64,000 nt of DNA, from NCBI GenBank assembly GCA_951406725.2, contig OX597832.1, forward strand, positions 56,854,001 through 56,918,000, in the 5' to 3' direction. Under the pieces are notes generated by a model that saw nothing but the letters and a program-made list of their open reading frames with translations, searched no databases and was not told the origin of the DNA. Every line of letters begins with the position of its first letter. Within the stretch, counting starts at the first letter, position 1. The translations under genes and the position numbers were made by a program. This DNA comes from Octopus vulgaris. Taxonomy: Eukaryota. This document shows positions 1 through 14,768 of the stretch, one piece after another.

Positions 1-23
1 CTGAGATTAAATATTGCTTCCTG

Positions 24-490
24 TCGGGTATGTGTGTGAGTTGTGTGAGTGTGTGTGAGGTGTGTGAGTGTGTGTGTGTGTGTGTGTATGTGTGTGTGCG
101 TGTGAGTTGTATGTGTGTGTGAGTTATGTGTGTGTGTGTGAGTTCTATGTGCGTGTGTGAGCATGAGTGTGTGTGAGTTGTGTGTGTGAGCATGCGTGTG
201 AGTGTATGCGTGTGTGCATGCATGTGTGGATGTGTGCATGCACATGTGCACACACACACACACAACTCACACATGTGTGTGTGCATGTGTATGGTTGTGC
301 ACATGTATGCATGTATATATACATGTGTGTGTGAACATGCATTCGTGTGCATGTGTGTGCACATGCATGTGAATGCATACATATGTGTGTATGCATGTGT
401 ATGTGCATATGTGTGTATGCATGTGTGTGAATGTATGTGTGTGCATGTGTGTGTATGCATGTGTGTGTGCATGAGTGCATGAGTGTGTCA
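24..490. repeat. Degenerate (TG)n/(TGCA)n microsatellite
   Basis: Dinucleotide-based simple repeat that explains the overlapping H/T- and C/V-rich ORFs. Confidence 0.95.
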
Positions 491-495
491 AGATG

Positions 496-1050
496 TGTGG
501 CCTAGTGGCTAGGGCATTGCGCTTACAGTCATTTAGATTATGGTTTCAAGTCCTGGGCAGGGAGGTGCAGTGTGTTCTTGAGCAAGACACTTCATTTACA
601 TTCCTACAGATGAGTAATCCTGTGACCGACCAGCATCCAGTTCAAGGGAAATGTTGGGATCTCAGTCACCTACACTCCATGGAGACTGCGTCACCAGCCT
701 GATGAGTCCTGGGGCTCAATACAGATGCACTACTTCTATCACTATATTCTCTCTCTCGCCCCACCAACTGTATCCTCTCTACAGCAAGTCACCTGTGAGG
801 AGGCATGTAGCATAGTAGTTAGGGGTGTTGGACTCATGATTGTAAGATTGTGGTTTCAATTCCTGGACTGGGTGGTGTTCTTGAACAAAGTACTTCATTT
901 CAAGTTGCTCCAGTTCACTCAGCTGGCAAAGATGAGTAATCCTGCGAGGGACTGGTGTCCCATCCAGGTGGATGGGAAATTTATTTGCCATGGAAACCAG
1001 TCCTTATGAGTCGACATGACTTGAGAAAGTAACTTTACCTTTACTTTACC
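496..1050 (+). mobile_element. Two related tRNA-derived SINE copies (~496-720, ~798-1050); another copy at ~18852-19100
   Basis: A-box-like (gtggcctagtgg) and B-box-like (ggtttcaattcc) heads. Shared body gtgttcttgagcaa...cacttcattt...atgagtaatcctg. Confidence 0.75.
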
Positions 1051-2159
1051 TGTTTCTGTCCCTGTGCCATACCTGAACCTCTCATTACCTGGCACAAACC
1101 TACCTCTGTCACTACTAGCCCCCTTCTCAGTTGAGGGGGCCTTGTTTTACAGGTTACTTGGTAACCTCACAGGTGCTGGTGGAACATAAAAAGCACCCAA
1201 CACACTCTGTAAAGTGGTTGGCATTAGGAAGGGCATCCAACCATTGAAACCATGCCAAAACAGAAATTGGAGGCTTTGGTCATACCAGCATACCATCTCT
1301 TGCCAAACCACCCAACCCATGCCAACATGGAAAAGGGATAAAAAAAAAGGGTGGCTTAGTATCAGGGGTACTAGAGTGCCAGACTAAAACCCTTACAGTA
1401 ATAAGTTTTGCCTGTTCATAGTTCTTGAGTTCAAATCCAACTGTGGGGATAAACATTGTTCTTTATCCCAATGGGGTTAATAAACTAACCATCAGCCATA
1501 TCATCATCATCATCATCATCATCATCGTTGTTTAACGTCCTCCTTCCATGCTGGCATGGGTTGGATGGTATGACTGGAGCTGGCCAGGCAGAAGATTGCA
1601 CTGTACTTCTGTGTCTGTTTTGGTATGGTTTTTATGGCTGGATGCCCTTCCTAATACCAACCACCCTGAAATTCAACTTGCTAGAAATCTGGTGCTTTGT
1701 TCTAGTGGGAGAAACCATTTTATAGTCTTAAAATTACTGTAAGCCATTTTCTTCGTGGTTCCTGGTTCAACCCCACTGCACAGCACCTTGAGCAAATGCC
1801 TTCTTCTATAGCCCTGGGTTGACCAATATCTTGTGAGTGAATCTGGTAGACGGAAACTATGTGGATTCCGTCCGCTCACCATCTTTTAACATAGATACTA
1901 CTAAAGCAATTAATTCTTTCTTACTTTGGAACAATGCCAGCAATATTAGGGGAGTGAGTAAGTGAAGTGCATCAACCTCAGTACGTAACTGGTATTTATT
2001 TTATCAATCTTGACAGGATGAAAGGCAAAGCTGGTCTTGGCAAAATTTGAACCTAGAATGCAAGAGCTGGAAAAATTGCTGACAAGCATTTTGTCTGGTA
2101 TGGTAATGACTCTGTCAGCTTGCTGCTTTGATAAAGAAATCAATGATAATTATTTTTAC

Positions 2160-3420
2160 ATTTAGAAGGAAAGGTTGCTGTAATTAAGTAAGATTTGAGT
2201 CAGTCAGTTAGCATCAGGATCAACGCTTAGAAGTTTATGAAGACCGAGATTATTAGATGAACAAGTTACTTGCTTCCTAACACGGTGACATGTGTTAGGA
2301 GACAAGTAAGTTACTTACTCACAAATCAGAAAAACCTGAAAGCTAAAGATCTGGGCAGAAAGTGGGATATAAAACAGACCCTATGAGAACAATGTGTCTA
2401 TGAAAAAAAAAGGGGTTTCTAAAGGGTACTAATAAAAATATTTTGTTTTATAGAGTGTTAATAAAAGTACATGAAGTTATAATTATTTGTAAAGGAGTAG
2501 AAGACAGCAACTGAACAATTCCAATTTAGTTTGATAAGATTTGTAGCTAAAACTACAGGAGACATAACTCTCTTGAATAGCAAGATACATTAGAGAATAA
2601 TGTACGAAAGATTAGTTTGGAAACAGTAGAAGACAGGAGGTAGCAAAGAATTACATTTAAATACAATGCCGGTTTACCAATTATTGCAAGACAGAAAAGA
2701 AGTAGATTCTAGAAGATAATTAACTAGCATTCTTTCTTTTCATCTATGTCTTTGAAACTATTGTAAAGAATTTCAAGACTATAAGCTGCTGGTGTTTCTT
2801 TATGCTGGTTGACATTGGTTCTGACTTGATAATCAAATAGAATAGGTGAGGGAAATTAGAAACATGGAAAAAGAGAATTATATTCTAGATTGAAGACAAG
2901 TAAAACTGAACACAGTCGAATACTCAACTAAGTTAAGAACAGCAGTAGAAGTATCTAACAACTGATTAAATGAAAGGAATGGTTATGATTAGAAATTAGG
3001 GAAGAAAGTATTAAAGAATATGGTATTCAGTTCAATTCAATAGAATTTAAGTTTATTGTTGTTGCACACACAGACATACTGAAAAATGGTTCTAATGGGG
3101 GGAAAGTACAATAAATAAGTATACAAGAATGGCTGTAGAATTTCAAACAAACCAGCAAGGCTTTTAAATGTACCAGATGTACAGATATAACCAATACTAT
3201 AAATCAGCTAAGAACCGGAGATCAAAGAGCAGTTTTGTTTTATTGCGGGTAGAAGGAGAGTAATGAGGATGGAGAGTAAGGAGAAAAGAAGAAGAAGAAG
3301 AAGAGGAGGAGGTGCAATAAGTTGAAGAAAAATGTACTTCAACTTTTTGGGTTGACCTAAATTGACCTGGGAACAATGATAAATAAATAAATGTCATTAA
3401 TATGAGGAACATTGAACATT
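2160..3420 (-). pseudogene. Highly decayed APE-type LINE ORF2 remnant (CR1/L2/Jockey-like)
   Basis: Minus-strand peptide traces NVPHIND (compare GDFNxPxIxW) and PSTRNKTKLLFDL (compare PTRxxxxLDL), with many stops. Confidence 0.4.
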
Positions 3421-3424
3421 GAAT

Positions 3425-4044
3425 TTAACCTTTGAGCATTCGGATTATTCTGCTAAATGTAATTCTGGTTTATACTTTTACTCTTTTACTTGTTCCAGTC
3501 ATCTGACTGTGGCTATGATGGAGCACTGACTTTGAAGGGTTCTAGCTGAACAAATCAAACCTGAGATTTATTTTTTAAAGCCTATTACTTATTCTATCAG
3601 TTTCTTTTGCCAAACTGCTAAGTTACAGGGACATAGACACATCAACACTGGTTGTCAAGCTGCGATGGGAAGACAAACACAGACACAAACACAGACACAA
3701 ACACAAACACAAACACACACACACACACACAATTTCTGTCTACCAAATCCACTCACGAGGCTTTGCTCGACTCAAGGCTTTAGTAGAAGACACTTGCCCA
3801 AGGTGCCACACAGTGGAACTGAACTTGGAACAAAACTTCTTAGACACAGACACGCAGAAAAGTGATTCCAATGGAGGAAGTACATGCAGTGTCTTGTAGC
3901 TTCAAGATTTTGATGGTGTGACTCTTTATTTCTAGAATGACATGGTTGGAGTGGATGTGAGAGGCTGGATGTGGCCAGTTTGAAAATAACAAAAAAGTAG
4001 AATATTTGGGTTGAATACGGCCAGTTTAAATGCTAAATAGTTAA
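3425..4044. mobile_element. piggyBac-like MITE interrupted by a SINE (3478-3840); second copy at 46963-47194
   Basis: TTAA at both ends and degenerate TIRs (ccctttagcatt/aatgctaaaggg consensus). Internal sequence shared with 46963-47194 and 4070-4240. Confidence 0.65.
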
Positions 4045-4809
4045 ATTGTTTCAGGTTCTCGTTTAATCTTCTCACATTCTGATTATCCTGTCAAATCTAA
4101 TGATTATGGATTATTTTGTGACTTTGAAATTTCAAAGATGTGATCATTCATTTTTAGATTGACATTGACGGGTAGGTATGAAAGGCCAGATTTGGCCAGT
4201 TTGAACATAAAACAGGTAGAGTATTTGGGTTGGATATGGTACTCCAGAAATGACTATCCTGTGTTTTTTATATCCAGGTTTATGCTGTCAAATGTGAAGG
4301 ACCTATTTCATAAAAATTGGCTTGAATGTAAAGGAAATCTGTACAACATGCAGTGCTCCAGCATGGCCACAGTTAAATGACTGAAACAAGTAAAAGAATA
4401 AAAGAATAACAGCTAACAATATCATAATGATTTAAAATTTTGGTACAAGGCCAGCAATTTCAAGGGAAGGTGACCCCAGTACTCAACTGGTACTTCATTT
4501 GATACAGAAGGAATGAAAGGTAAAGTTAACCTCTACAGAATAATGATGATGATGATGATGATGATAATAATGATTTCAAATTCTGGCACAAGGCTAGCAA
4601 TTTCAAGGGAGGGAGGATGGGAGGGAGGGAGGTGCAAGTTGATTCAACTGGTAGTTATTTTATTGGCCCTGAAAGGATGAAAAGCAATATCGACCTCACT
4701 AGAATTTGAACTCAGAACATAAAGACAGATGAAATGCTGCTAAGCATTTTGCCTGGTATGCTAATGATTCTGCCAGCTCATCATCTTCCAATAATAATAA
4801 TAATAATAA

Positions 4810-4851
<42 letters not shown>

Positions 4852-4855
4852 ACGG

Positions 4856-5188
4856 AGACCCCCTTCGGTCACGACACAGACCATGTGATTGTACCTAGAA
4901 AGTTACCCTCCGAGACACAAGTCCAGGCGAGGTTGTTTATGGAAGACCAGCAGTCGCCCATGCATACCAGCCTCCCCTCTCCACGCCACCAGTGTTATCC
5001 AAGGGAAAGAAAGGTCGATACAGCTTGGCACCAGAGACGTCACAACTCATTTCTACAGCTGAGTGAACTGGAGCAACGTGAAATAAAGTGCCTTGCTCAA
5101 GAACACAACACGCAGCCCGGTCCGGGATTCGAGCTCACAACCTCACGATCGTAAGCTCGACGCTCTAACCACTGAGCCATGCGCCTTC
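4856..5188 (-). mobile_element. Full-length tRNA-derived SINE; related copies at 5745-6365 and 31058-31375
   Basis: Minus-strand head tggctcagtggttagagcg...gagctcgaatcccgg with Pol III A/B boxes, inserted in a (TAG)n tract present on both sides. Confidence 0.85.
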
Positions 5189-6464
5189 ATAGTAGTAGTA
5201 GTAGTAATAATAATAATCAATAATAATAATAGTCATAGCGAAATGTAGTAGTAGTAATAATAATAATCAATAATAATAATAGTCATAGCCAAATGTAGTA
5301 GTAGTAGTAGTAGTAATAATAATAATCAATAATAATAGTCATAGCCAAAGTAATAGCACAATAACAGTTATGACTAATGTCTCAATAACATATAATTCAT
5401 TTTTAATGGTGGAATAAACAAGCTACAAATACCAGTATGTAAAAATTAGGTTAAAACCCCTTCAGATATACAATATTTGAATGCTGACATTTATAGTTTT
5501 GTGTATTTCGAACTCTATCATTATAAACAAATTATTTTATGTCTTGAAGTTTCTAAATTCTTTTGACACAAACAAGAAGCTATAACCAATGTTACAATAA
5601 CAGTTATGACTAATGCTACAGTAACACAAAAATGTCATAACGGATGTTACAGTGTTATGACTATTGTCACAGTACCAACGTAACAGATGTAGCTGATGTA
5701 AATGTTACCATAGTAACAGTTGTAACCAGTATCACACAGTCTAAAAGGACCTTCTTCAGTCATGAATGACCAAGGGATTGCACCAAGAAAATTACCCTCT
5801 GAGGCACAAGCCTGGACAAGGTTGTTTATGGAAGACCAGCAGTTGCCCATGCATACCAGCCTCTCCTCTCCACACCATTATATGTACATAGGGTAAAGGG
5901 TAAAGACCCCTTTCGGTCATGAATGACCATGGGGTTGCACCTAGAAAATTCCCCTCCAAGGCACAAGTCCAGGCAAGGTTTTTTATGGAAGACCAGCAGT
6001 CACCCATGCATATCAGCCTCTCTTCTCCTCACTATTATATGTATATAGGATAAAGGATAAAACATCCTTTGGTCATGAATGACCACCTAGAAAGTTCCCC
6101 TCTGAGGCACAAGTCCAGGTAAGGTTGTCTATGGAAGACCAGCAGTCACCCAATCATACCAGCCTCTCCTCTCCATGCCACCGATGTCATCCAAGGGAAA
6201 GGCAAGGGCCGATACAGCTTGGCACCTGTGATGTTGCAACTCATTTCTACAGCTGAGTTAACTGGAGCAATGTGAAATATAGTGTCTTGCTCAAGAACAC
6301 AATCCACAGCCTGGTCTGGGAATCGAACACACAACCTCATGATTGTGAGCCCGATATTCTAACAACAGCATAAAGAGAATTAAACTATATTACAGTAATA
6401 TGGTAATATGAAAATATCCCACTGTATCAAAATAACAGTTATGACCAATGTTATAGTAATTCTA

Positions 6465-6620
6465 TAACAATCATAACCAATATCATAACAACATCATAAC
6501 CTATGTCATAACAACAATATCATAACCAATATCATAACAACAATATCATAACCAATATCATAACCAATGTCATAACAACAATATCATAACCAATATCATA
6601 AACAATGTCATAACAACAAT
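6465..6620. repeat. 12/15-bp minisatellite (caatatcataac[aa])
   Basis: Direct tandem copies are visible. Confidence 0.85.
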
Positions 6621-7142
6621 TTCCTTTCTACTATAGGTACAAGGCCTGCAATTTGGGGGAGGGGAGTGGGATAGTCAATTTCATCGACTCCAGTGTTTCA
6701 CAGGTACTTAATTTATCAACTCTGAAAGGATGAAAGGTAAAGTCGACCTCGGCGTAATTTGAACTCAGAACATGAAGACAGACAAAATGTCGCTAAGCAT
6801 TTTGCCCAACGTTCTAATGATTCTGCCAAACAACCAATGAGACAATACAGGAGCACAATAGCAATTATACCTATGTCACTGTATCAAAATATCACTATAA
6901 TAGGTGTAACCAATGTTAGACGAACATGGTACTAGTTATAACCAATGTCACAGTAATACTATAAAAACGCTATAACAAATCTTGTTGTGTTTAAGGAGAG
7001 TCATTAAGCCAGTATTATTAACACACACACTGGTTCAATTCCACTCCTCATGTAGGTAGGTAGGGACACAGGTAGTATGGACAGACATGAATATACATAC
7101 ACACACACACAAGGAGACAGAAACACATGACAATACATACAC

Positions 7143-7497
7143 ATCATCATCATTATTGTTCGACCGTGGTCGAGACAATGGAATTTACTATGTTACGCCA
7201 GACTTCACGGTTCATCATAGCATTACGGAGATCCTGTTGCTGGATGCCTGTATCCCTGGAGATTACATCAGGGTAGGAGAGTGTGCGCCCTCTGGTGTTG
7301 CGAGTAGATGGCTTCCAGAGGAGAAGAGTAGAAATTACTTCTTTTTCAGCTCTACAACAATGTCCAGCAAACTGGACTCTCCTACCTTTCACAAGAGATG
7401 ACACAGGTGGTAATTTCCCATATATTTGCATTTTGGTTGGATGGCGCCTCCACGAGAGATTTTGAGCTCTCATAAGGAGGCGAGTGTAGGTTCCACA
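7143..7497 (-). mobile_element. 5'-truncated RTE-clade LINE 3' end (post-RT C-terminus)
   Basis: Open frame YTRLLMRAQNLSWRRH...RRVQFAGHCCR...RGRTLSYPDVI...AMMNREVWR, with the stop followed by a (TGA)n tail. Confidence 0.85.
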
Positions 7498-7919
7498 CTC
7501 CATACATACACACTCTCCACACATAATACATACACACATTGACATATGCACACATGCATACACAACAGGTGCAAATTCATACACATAGGCACAAACTCAC
7601 ATGTATAGATACACTCAAGCATACACACACACACACACACAAGGAAGCAGAAGTACATACACAAACACATGCAAACACACATGAACACAAACACACAAGC
7701 ACTCACACACATACAGATGCATGAATACACAGAAGGAAACATTCATACATACACAAGCACACTGCCATGCACATACACACACACAACAAGGTCTCAAGCA
7801 GACAAACGTGGCCTCCATAACAGACTAAGATAAAAGTCACTGAAAAGGTCGCAAGTAACAATGAAAGAGCTTTGACAAACAAAAAACAAAACACTATGAC
7901 ATATGATGAATGTCATAGT

Positions 7920-8800
7920 GATACTATAGCAGTTATGACCGATATCACATTAATGCAACAACAGTTAGGACCAAAGTCAGAATTAACAGAAAGTGATTAG
8001 TGTCACAGTAACATGTCACAACAACACTATAATAGTTATGACCAATGTCACAATGATACTGTAGCAGTTATGATGCATGTCATATTACTCTAACAGTTAT
8101 GATCAAAGTCAGAATTAACAGAAAGTGATTAGTGTCACAGCAACATGTCACAACAACACTATAATAGTTATGACCAATGTCACAGTGATACTGTATCAGT
8201 TATGATGCATGTCATATTACTCTAACAGTTATGACCAAAGTCAGAATTAACAGTAAGTGATTAGTGTCACAGTAACATGTCACAACAACACTATAATAGT
8301 TATGACCAATGTCACAGTGATACTGTATCAGTTATGATGCATGTCATATTACTCTAACAGTTATGATCAAAGTCAGAATTAACAGTAAGTGATTAGTGTC
8401 ACAGTAACATGTCACAACAACACTATAATAGTTATGACCAATGTTACAATGATACTGTAGCAGTTATGATGCATGTCATATTACTCTAACAGTTATGACC
8501 AAAGTCAGAATTAACAGTAAGTGATTAGTGTCACAATAACATGTCACAATAACAGTATAATAGTTATGACCAATGTCACAGTAATACTGTAGAAGTTATG
8601 ATGCATGTCATATTACTCTAACAGTTATGATCAAAGTCAGAATTAACAGAAAGTGATTAGTGTCACAGCAACATGTCACAATAACACTATAATAGTTATG
8701 ACCAATGTCACAGTGATACTGTAGCAGTTATGATGCATGTCATATCACTCTAAAAGTTATGACCAAAATCAAAATTAACACAACAGTGACAACTAATGTC
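7920..8800. repeat. 132-bp tandem satellite, ~6.5 copies
   Basis: The motif caaagtcagaattaacag recurs at 7972, 8104, 8236, 8368, 8500 and 8632. Confidence 0.95.
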
Positions 8801-9830
8801 ATAGTAACACTGTAACAATTATCAGCAAGATCACAATGATAGTCATAAGTAATGTCATAACGACAGTTTTATCTGAAAGATATATGCAACAATGTCACAG
8901 TATTACACTAACATGTACGATAATAGCTCATTAATATATTAGCAATTGTGAAATTCTGTATCAGAGCAATAAATATTATCATATGAATGATATATGATAG
9001 GTTTATACAAATTCTACCTGTTGTATCAGGGTTTAAAAAAATTTTTACAACTTGTACTAGAAGCCATTTATTTCACATTAGTACCAAAAGAAAAAAAGGA
9101 AAAATGAGAAAAAAATAAAAGAACAACTAAAAGGATTAAGTAATTTTGTATTTGTTAAAGTAATTACATGATTTAATGAAAACAACTACATCATATGTTT
9201 ACAAGTGGTGCCAGGACTTTGGTGTCTGGAATTCAGGAATTCAGAACAGATGCTGCTATATTGTAAACTGTCAATGTTATAAATGCGTTATCTTTTATAC
9301 TTACAAATTGTTTTCTAATGTTCTTGAAGATGTAGCGAAAAAAACAACAAAACCATTACTCACCTAGAAGAACAAAAAGAGAAAAAAAAACAGAGGTTAT
9401 TAATAAAAAAATTATTTCAATAAATATCATTGTATTTTATTTTTTTCTTGTGAAAAAACACAAAATATAATATATGCAGCGAAATGAAAACTAATGTTGA
9501 CAAGCTTTAGGAAAAGTTTTAAAAACGGAGAAGAATGAAAAGCAAAGTTAGCATAGAATTGGAAATATGATAACCAGAGAAAAGTGAACGTTCCATTATT
9601 GTTCGAATAATCGATCAGCATTACGTTGTATAGGTACTGCACAGTTTTTCAGAATTTGGGTCAGGTTTAGTGTGGCATCACAAGACACTAACGCACACTT
9701 AAAGCTACACACATTAGTCATAACCGAAGAAAATAACCAAATGCTAAATACGCATTATACACCATCACACACAATATCAAAAAGTGAATGGAGATTTAAT
9801 ACATTATACAAATATATTTAACATATATTT

Positions 9831-10325
<495 letters not shown>

Positions 10326-10775
10326 GATGTATGTGTATATTGATATATATTTCTTTTAATGCATGTTCATTACATACATATATTTATACACACACACACG
10401 CGCGTGCGGGTGCACGGACATGATATCCATATGTAAAAGGAAGTAATATTTATTCAAAATTTCAGACTTTACAATTGTTACAATAGCAAATATTCACTAC
10501 TTTGTCAGACAACAAAATTTTCAAATAATTGCAACTTATGACTATGCACAGACACACACACACACTCATGCACACATGCATTCACTCACACATACACGCA
10601 CACATATATTTAGATACATGCGTACATACATACACACACCTATCTGTCTGTATGTATAGAAACTTTATATATATACATACATATACATACACATGCATAT
10701 CTATATATATATGCATATATATATATGTATATCTACTTATCTATCTGTCTGTCTCTCTCTCTATATATACATATG

Positions 10776-10999
<224 letters not shown>

Positions 11000-11016
11000 T
11001 ATATATATACATATAC

Positions 11017-11410
11017 TTTTATTAAAGCTGCAAATTTGTCACAGAAATCTGTTACTCAGAGTTTCAGGTTCCTGGACAGTTGTGATGATATTGATATTTG
11101 AATACCATATTTCCCACTTTGTTTAGCACCTATGTGCACGTTAGTGTGTGTATATAGTATATATATATATATATATAATAGTTAATCCCCAAAAATGAAG
11201 ACAAAAATCACAAGAAGAAGAAAACAACAACAGCGTGAGGATGTTGTACATGAAAAGTATTAGCAGACACTCAGGGAAGGAAAACAAGGTGGTTTTACAT
11301 GTCAAGCAAAACTGCTCTTCAGAAACAGGTGACAGGAAAAAAGTCCAAAAGAAAAAGAAGATAGAGGGAAAAAAATCGCCACTAATCCATAAGAAGTTAC
11401 ATTTTTGAAA
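11017..11410 (-). mobile_element. Composite X-(TA)n-Y non-autonomous repeat with degenerate hammerhead motifs (copy 1; copy 2 at 45700-46035)
   Basis: Module X (ttattaaagct...tctgttactcagagtttc) and module Y (gttaatcc...gagga...aaagtatta...ctcagg...) occur in the same order at both loci. Confidence 0.65.
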
Positions 11411-11419
11411 ATGTGTATG

Positions 11420-11465
<46 letters not shown>

Positions 11466-11791
11466 CACATATATATGTACACATATTGATATAAAAATTT
11501 GGAAAGCCTGCAATATGTATCTCTAGCAGAAATACCAGTGTTCTACAGGGTCTTCATTCTTTGACATTTGAAAGTATCTAAACTATAATATCCAGTATAC
11601 TCTGCTGCTCAGTAGGACAGCAGTGGTTCCATCGTTTGACATCATCATCATAATCATATTTACATCCACATCCCTTGCTGACAGGGATCTGATCTTGTCT
11701 TGCTCCAGTGTCTCTAAACTAGTATTTCCCCATTTTGCCTCTGTTTTAGGTCAAAATATACTTTCTGAATTTATACTCTACTACTCCCATG

Positions 11792-11957
11792 CACTAGTGT
11801 AGCTACGGGGTGGTGGTAGAGGCAGTCCACCCCAGGTGGCACTTATAAAGGAGCACAACTTTTGGGTCTGCTGTAGACAATTTGTATTTTTTGTGGGGTC
11901 CAGGGGTGACAGACAGAAGGGGTGCTGCGGGCGATACACACTCTAGCTATGCTAGTG
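11792..11957. mobile_element. hAT-type MITE (166 bp)
   Basis: TIRs cactagtgtagcta/tagctatgctagtg and a perfect 8-bp TSD ctcccatg (11784-11791, 11958-11965). Confidence 0.85.
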
Positions 11958-12401
11958 CTCCCATGTCTCCATCCAATTTGCTTCCTTTATAAAACTTGAC
12001 TTCGTTTTGTCTTGCTTGAAACCCTGGTACTTTCCAGATGAGTGATACCAACATTTTACAAGTGCTGAAATGGTGTTGACTTCAGATAAAAATTTAAAAA
12101 TTGGCTGATGAAACAGGTTTGTTTTTTGTTCTTTCTATTAATTGCCATACACATTCTACATCAATATATATGTATGTATGTATATATATATATATATTTT
12201 ACTTGTTTCAATCATTAGGTTGCAGTCATGCAATAGAACTGAACCCAGAACCATGTGGTTGGGAAGCAAGCTTCTTACCACACAGCCATGCCTGTGCTTT
12301 ATGTAAATATATGCAATAACATCATGTATATACACATAAATACATGTTTAAGTATATGTACATACACAGACATGTACATCAATCTATTTATCTATCTGTC
12401 T

Positions 12402-12446
<45 letters not shown>

Positions 12447-13973
12447 GATAGATAGATAGATATTCATATATGTATATGTATATTCACACACAAACACGCA
12501 TACTGTAAAGTTACATAATTTATGATTATAGGTTTAATGTTTTACCAATTCTTAGATAATCAAAGTAAGAAATACATATATATTTTTAATGAGGCAAAAT
12601 ATAAACCCATTGAATATGCAAGTTACCAATATAAAAACCTTTTGATGTAGTCAGAATGTGTTGCGTAATTGTACAAAGCTCGTTACCATTCACCCTTCAC
12701 CCAATAGTCTTTTTGATATACGAGGACAAAAAAGAAAGGAAACTTTTTATTGTTTTACAGTTTGGATAACTATATTAAGAGACTATTCAGTTTTCAGCCA
12801 TTAGTTGAGTTAAAATATTTTAACAACCATTTTAATTTAAGATGACAAAATGCGATATTAATTTTAAATGGGTGTTAAGATCCTGTAAATTGCCCATTAA
12901 ACGATTAATGTTTCTTGAAAAAGATAATTTACGGTACAAAAATAATTACATCTGATTATTTAGTTTCCAAAAGAATACACTCGGTAAAGTGAGAATAGTT
13001 TTAAGGGGCGATTTGATTAGCATGAACATTCTTTTAGAAATCCAGTAATACCTTTGGGTACAAGTCTATTAAAATACATGTGGTCTTTGAAGAAGAAGGA
13101 TATTATAAACTATGAAATATTAGAGATTTTGAAAAATTAATATTGCAACATGCAAAATCTTATAAATGTAGAAACAGTTATTGCGATTTTTGTTTTGCAT
13201 TGGCGAGAAAATTAATATATATCATTTTTGCAGAAATTTCTTAAACACAAATTCAGAAATGATATATTTTTCTTCTCACTAAGAAAATACTTCAAAAATA
13301 TTATAAATGACCTATCAGGAAAAAAAAAAAGCCACAATGAAAGAACTCAGGAGAGCTTCATTATATATTAATCCACACTTTAAAGAGATCAAACATTTTC
13401 TTTAGCACACAGGTAACAAATATTCTTCATGTTGCATTGTATAATAAAAACACTCAAGGCGGAAAACATTATGCTATAATAATACAACATGTTGCTACTG
13501 TATCAAAAAGTTTTATAATTGTTAATTTGGTTAACACCCATGTTCATTGGTTATTTTCTTTGTTATATTCTGTTCCATAGCAAAAATATGAGTTTGGTTC
13601 CATTATTTCTTTCAGTGGTTTCAGAATCAGTAAAATGTGCAATGTAATTGCAAACTCAGTAATTTCAGCTTAAAAATAAATATTGCTAATCTGTTCCACA
13701 TTGTTGTGTAACTCTTTCACATTTAAACCTACATAAATACTTAAATACACACACACACACAGACACACACAAAGATAAATACATATATAGACACAAACAG
13801 TCATACGCATTAAACATACACACACACACACATATACACACGTACATACAAACTTTCATATACATGTTATGTATATAAGTGTATGTATGTGTGTTTATAT
13901 GTGTGCATGTGTATATAGGTAGGTATATGTATATACATACATATGTATAGATACACATGCTCATACACATATA

Positions 13974-14007
<34 letters not shown>

Positions 14008-14702
14008 ACACACAAATAAAGTATGAATGCACATACATATGTACATATTCTCTTCAAGTGTAATTTTTAATGGAAAAAAGCAGGAATTAATCACCAAGTG
14101 ACAAGTTACCTCCAGGAAGTGTTAGCAAAGCAACTCGTTCCAATATTGGTTACAATGTTCAAAATCTAACATTTAAAATCAACATCGTATTTTTTTTTGT
14201 GTGTCTTTTCTCATCGTATTTCAATTTTCTTTATTTTGTTCATGTATAGTGAACGCTGCACTTTCAAGAAATATTACGCTGCTTTAAAATGTCAGCATAT
14301 TTAACAGTTGTGGCTGAGTGGTTAAAAACTTAATCCCTAATCACTTGGTTCCAGTCCAGGTTCAATCCCCCTGGTGTGATACCTTAGTCAAATGTCTTCG
14401 ACTAAAGCCTCGAATTGACCAAAGCCTTGTGAGTGGATTTGCTAGACAGAAACTGAAAGAAGCCTGTCGTGTCTTTTATCTTTTGCTTGTTACAGTTATG
14501 AGACTGTGGCCATGCTGGGGCACTGCCTTGAATATTTAGTCTTTACTCGAATGAATTGACCCCAGTACCTCCTTTTTAAGCGTGGTACTTATTTTATCAG
14601 TCTCTTCTGGCAGACTGGTAAGTTACAGGGAGGTAAACATACCAGTACCAGTTGTCAAGCAATAGTGGGATGACAAAAACAGCTACAATGACACACATAT
14701 AG

Positions 14703-14760
<58 letters not shown>

Positions 14761-14768
<8 letters not shown>

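Noticed and set aside
695-720. CTGATGAG as a hammerhead core
   Set aside because: No downstream stem II plus GAAA and no complementary stem I. It is part of a SINE body.
4885-5154. Recurring peptide ARLFMEDQQ.PMHT in several short ORFs
   Set aside because: It is the antisense translation of one SINE family, not a gene family.
5115-5188. tRNA gene (also the heads at 46342-46413 and in family A and B copies)
   Set aside because: A/B boxes are present, but the heads run straight into SINE bodies and lack a clean cloverleaf and terminator.
7920-8800. Regularly spaced repeats resembling a CRISPR array
   Set aside because: The whole 132-bp unit repeats with no unique spacers, there are no cas genes, and the context is eukaryotic.
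9560-9585. Minus-strand tctctggttatc resembling miR-9
   Set aside because: The seed mismatches, the 3' half does not match, and no precursor hairpin is evident.
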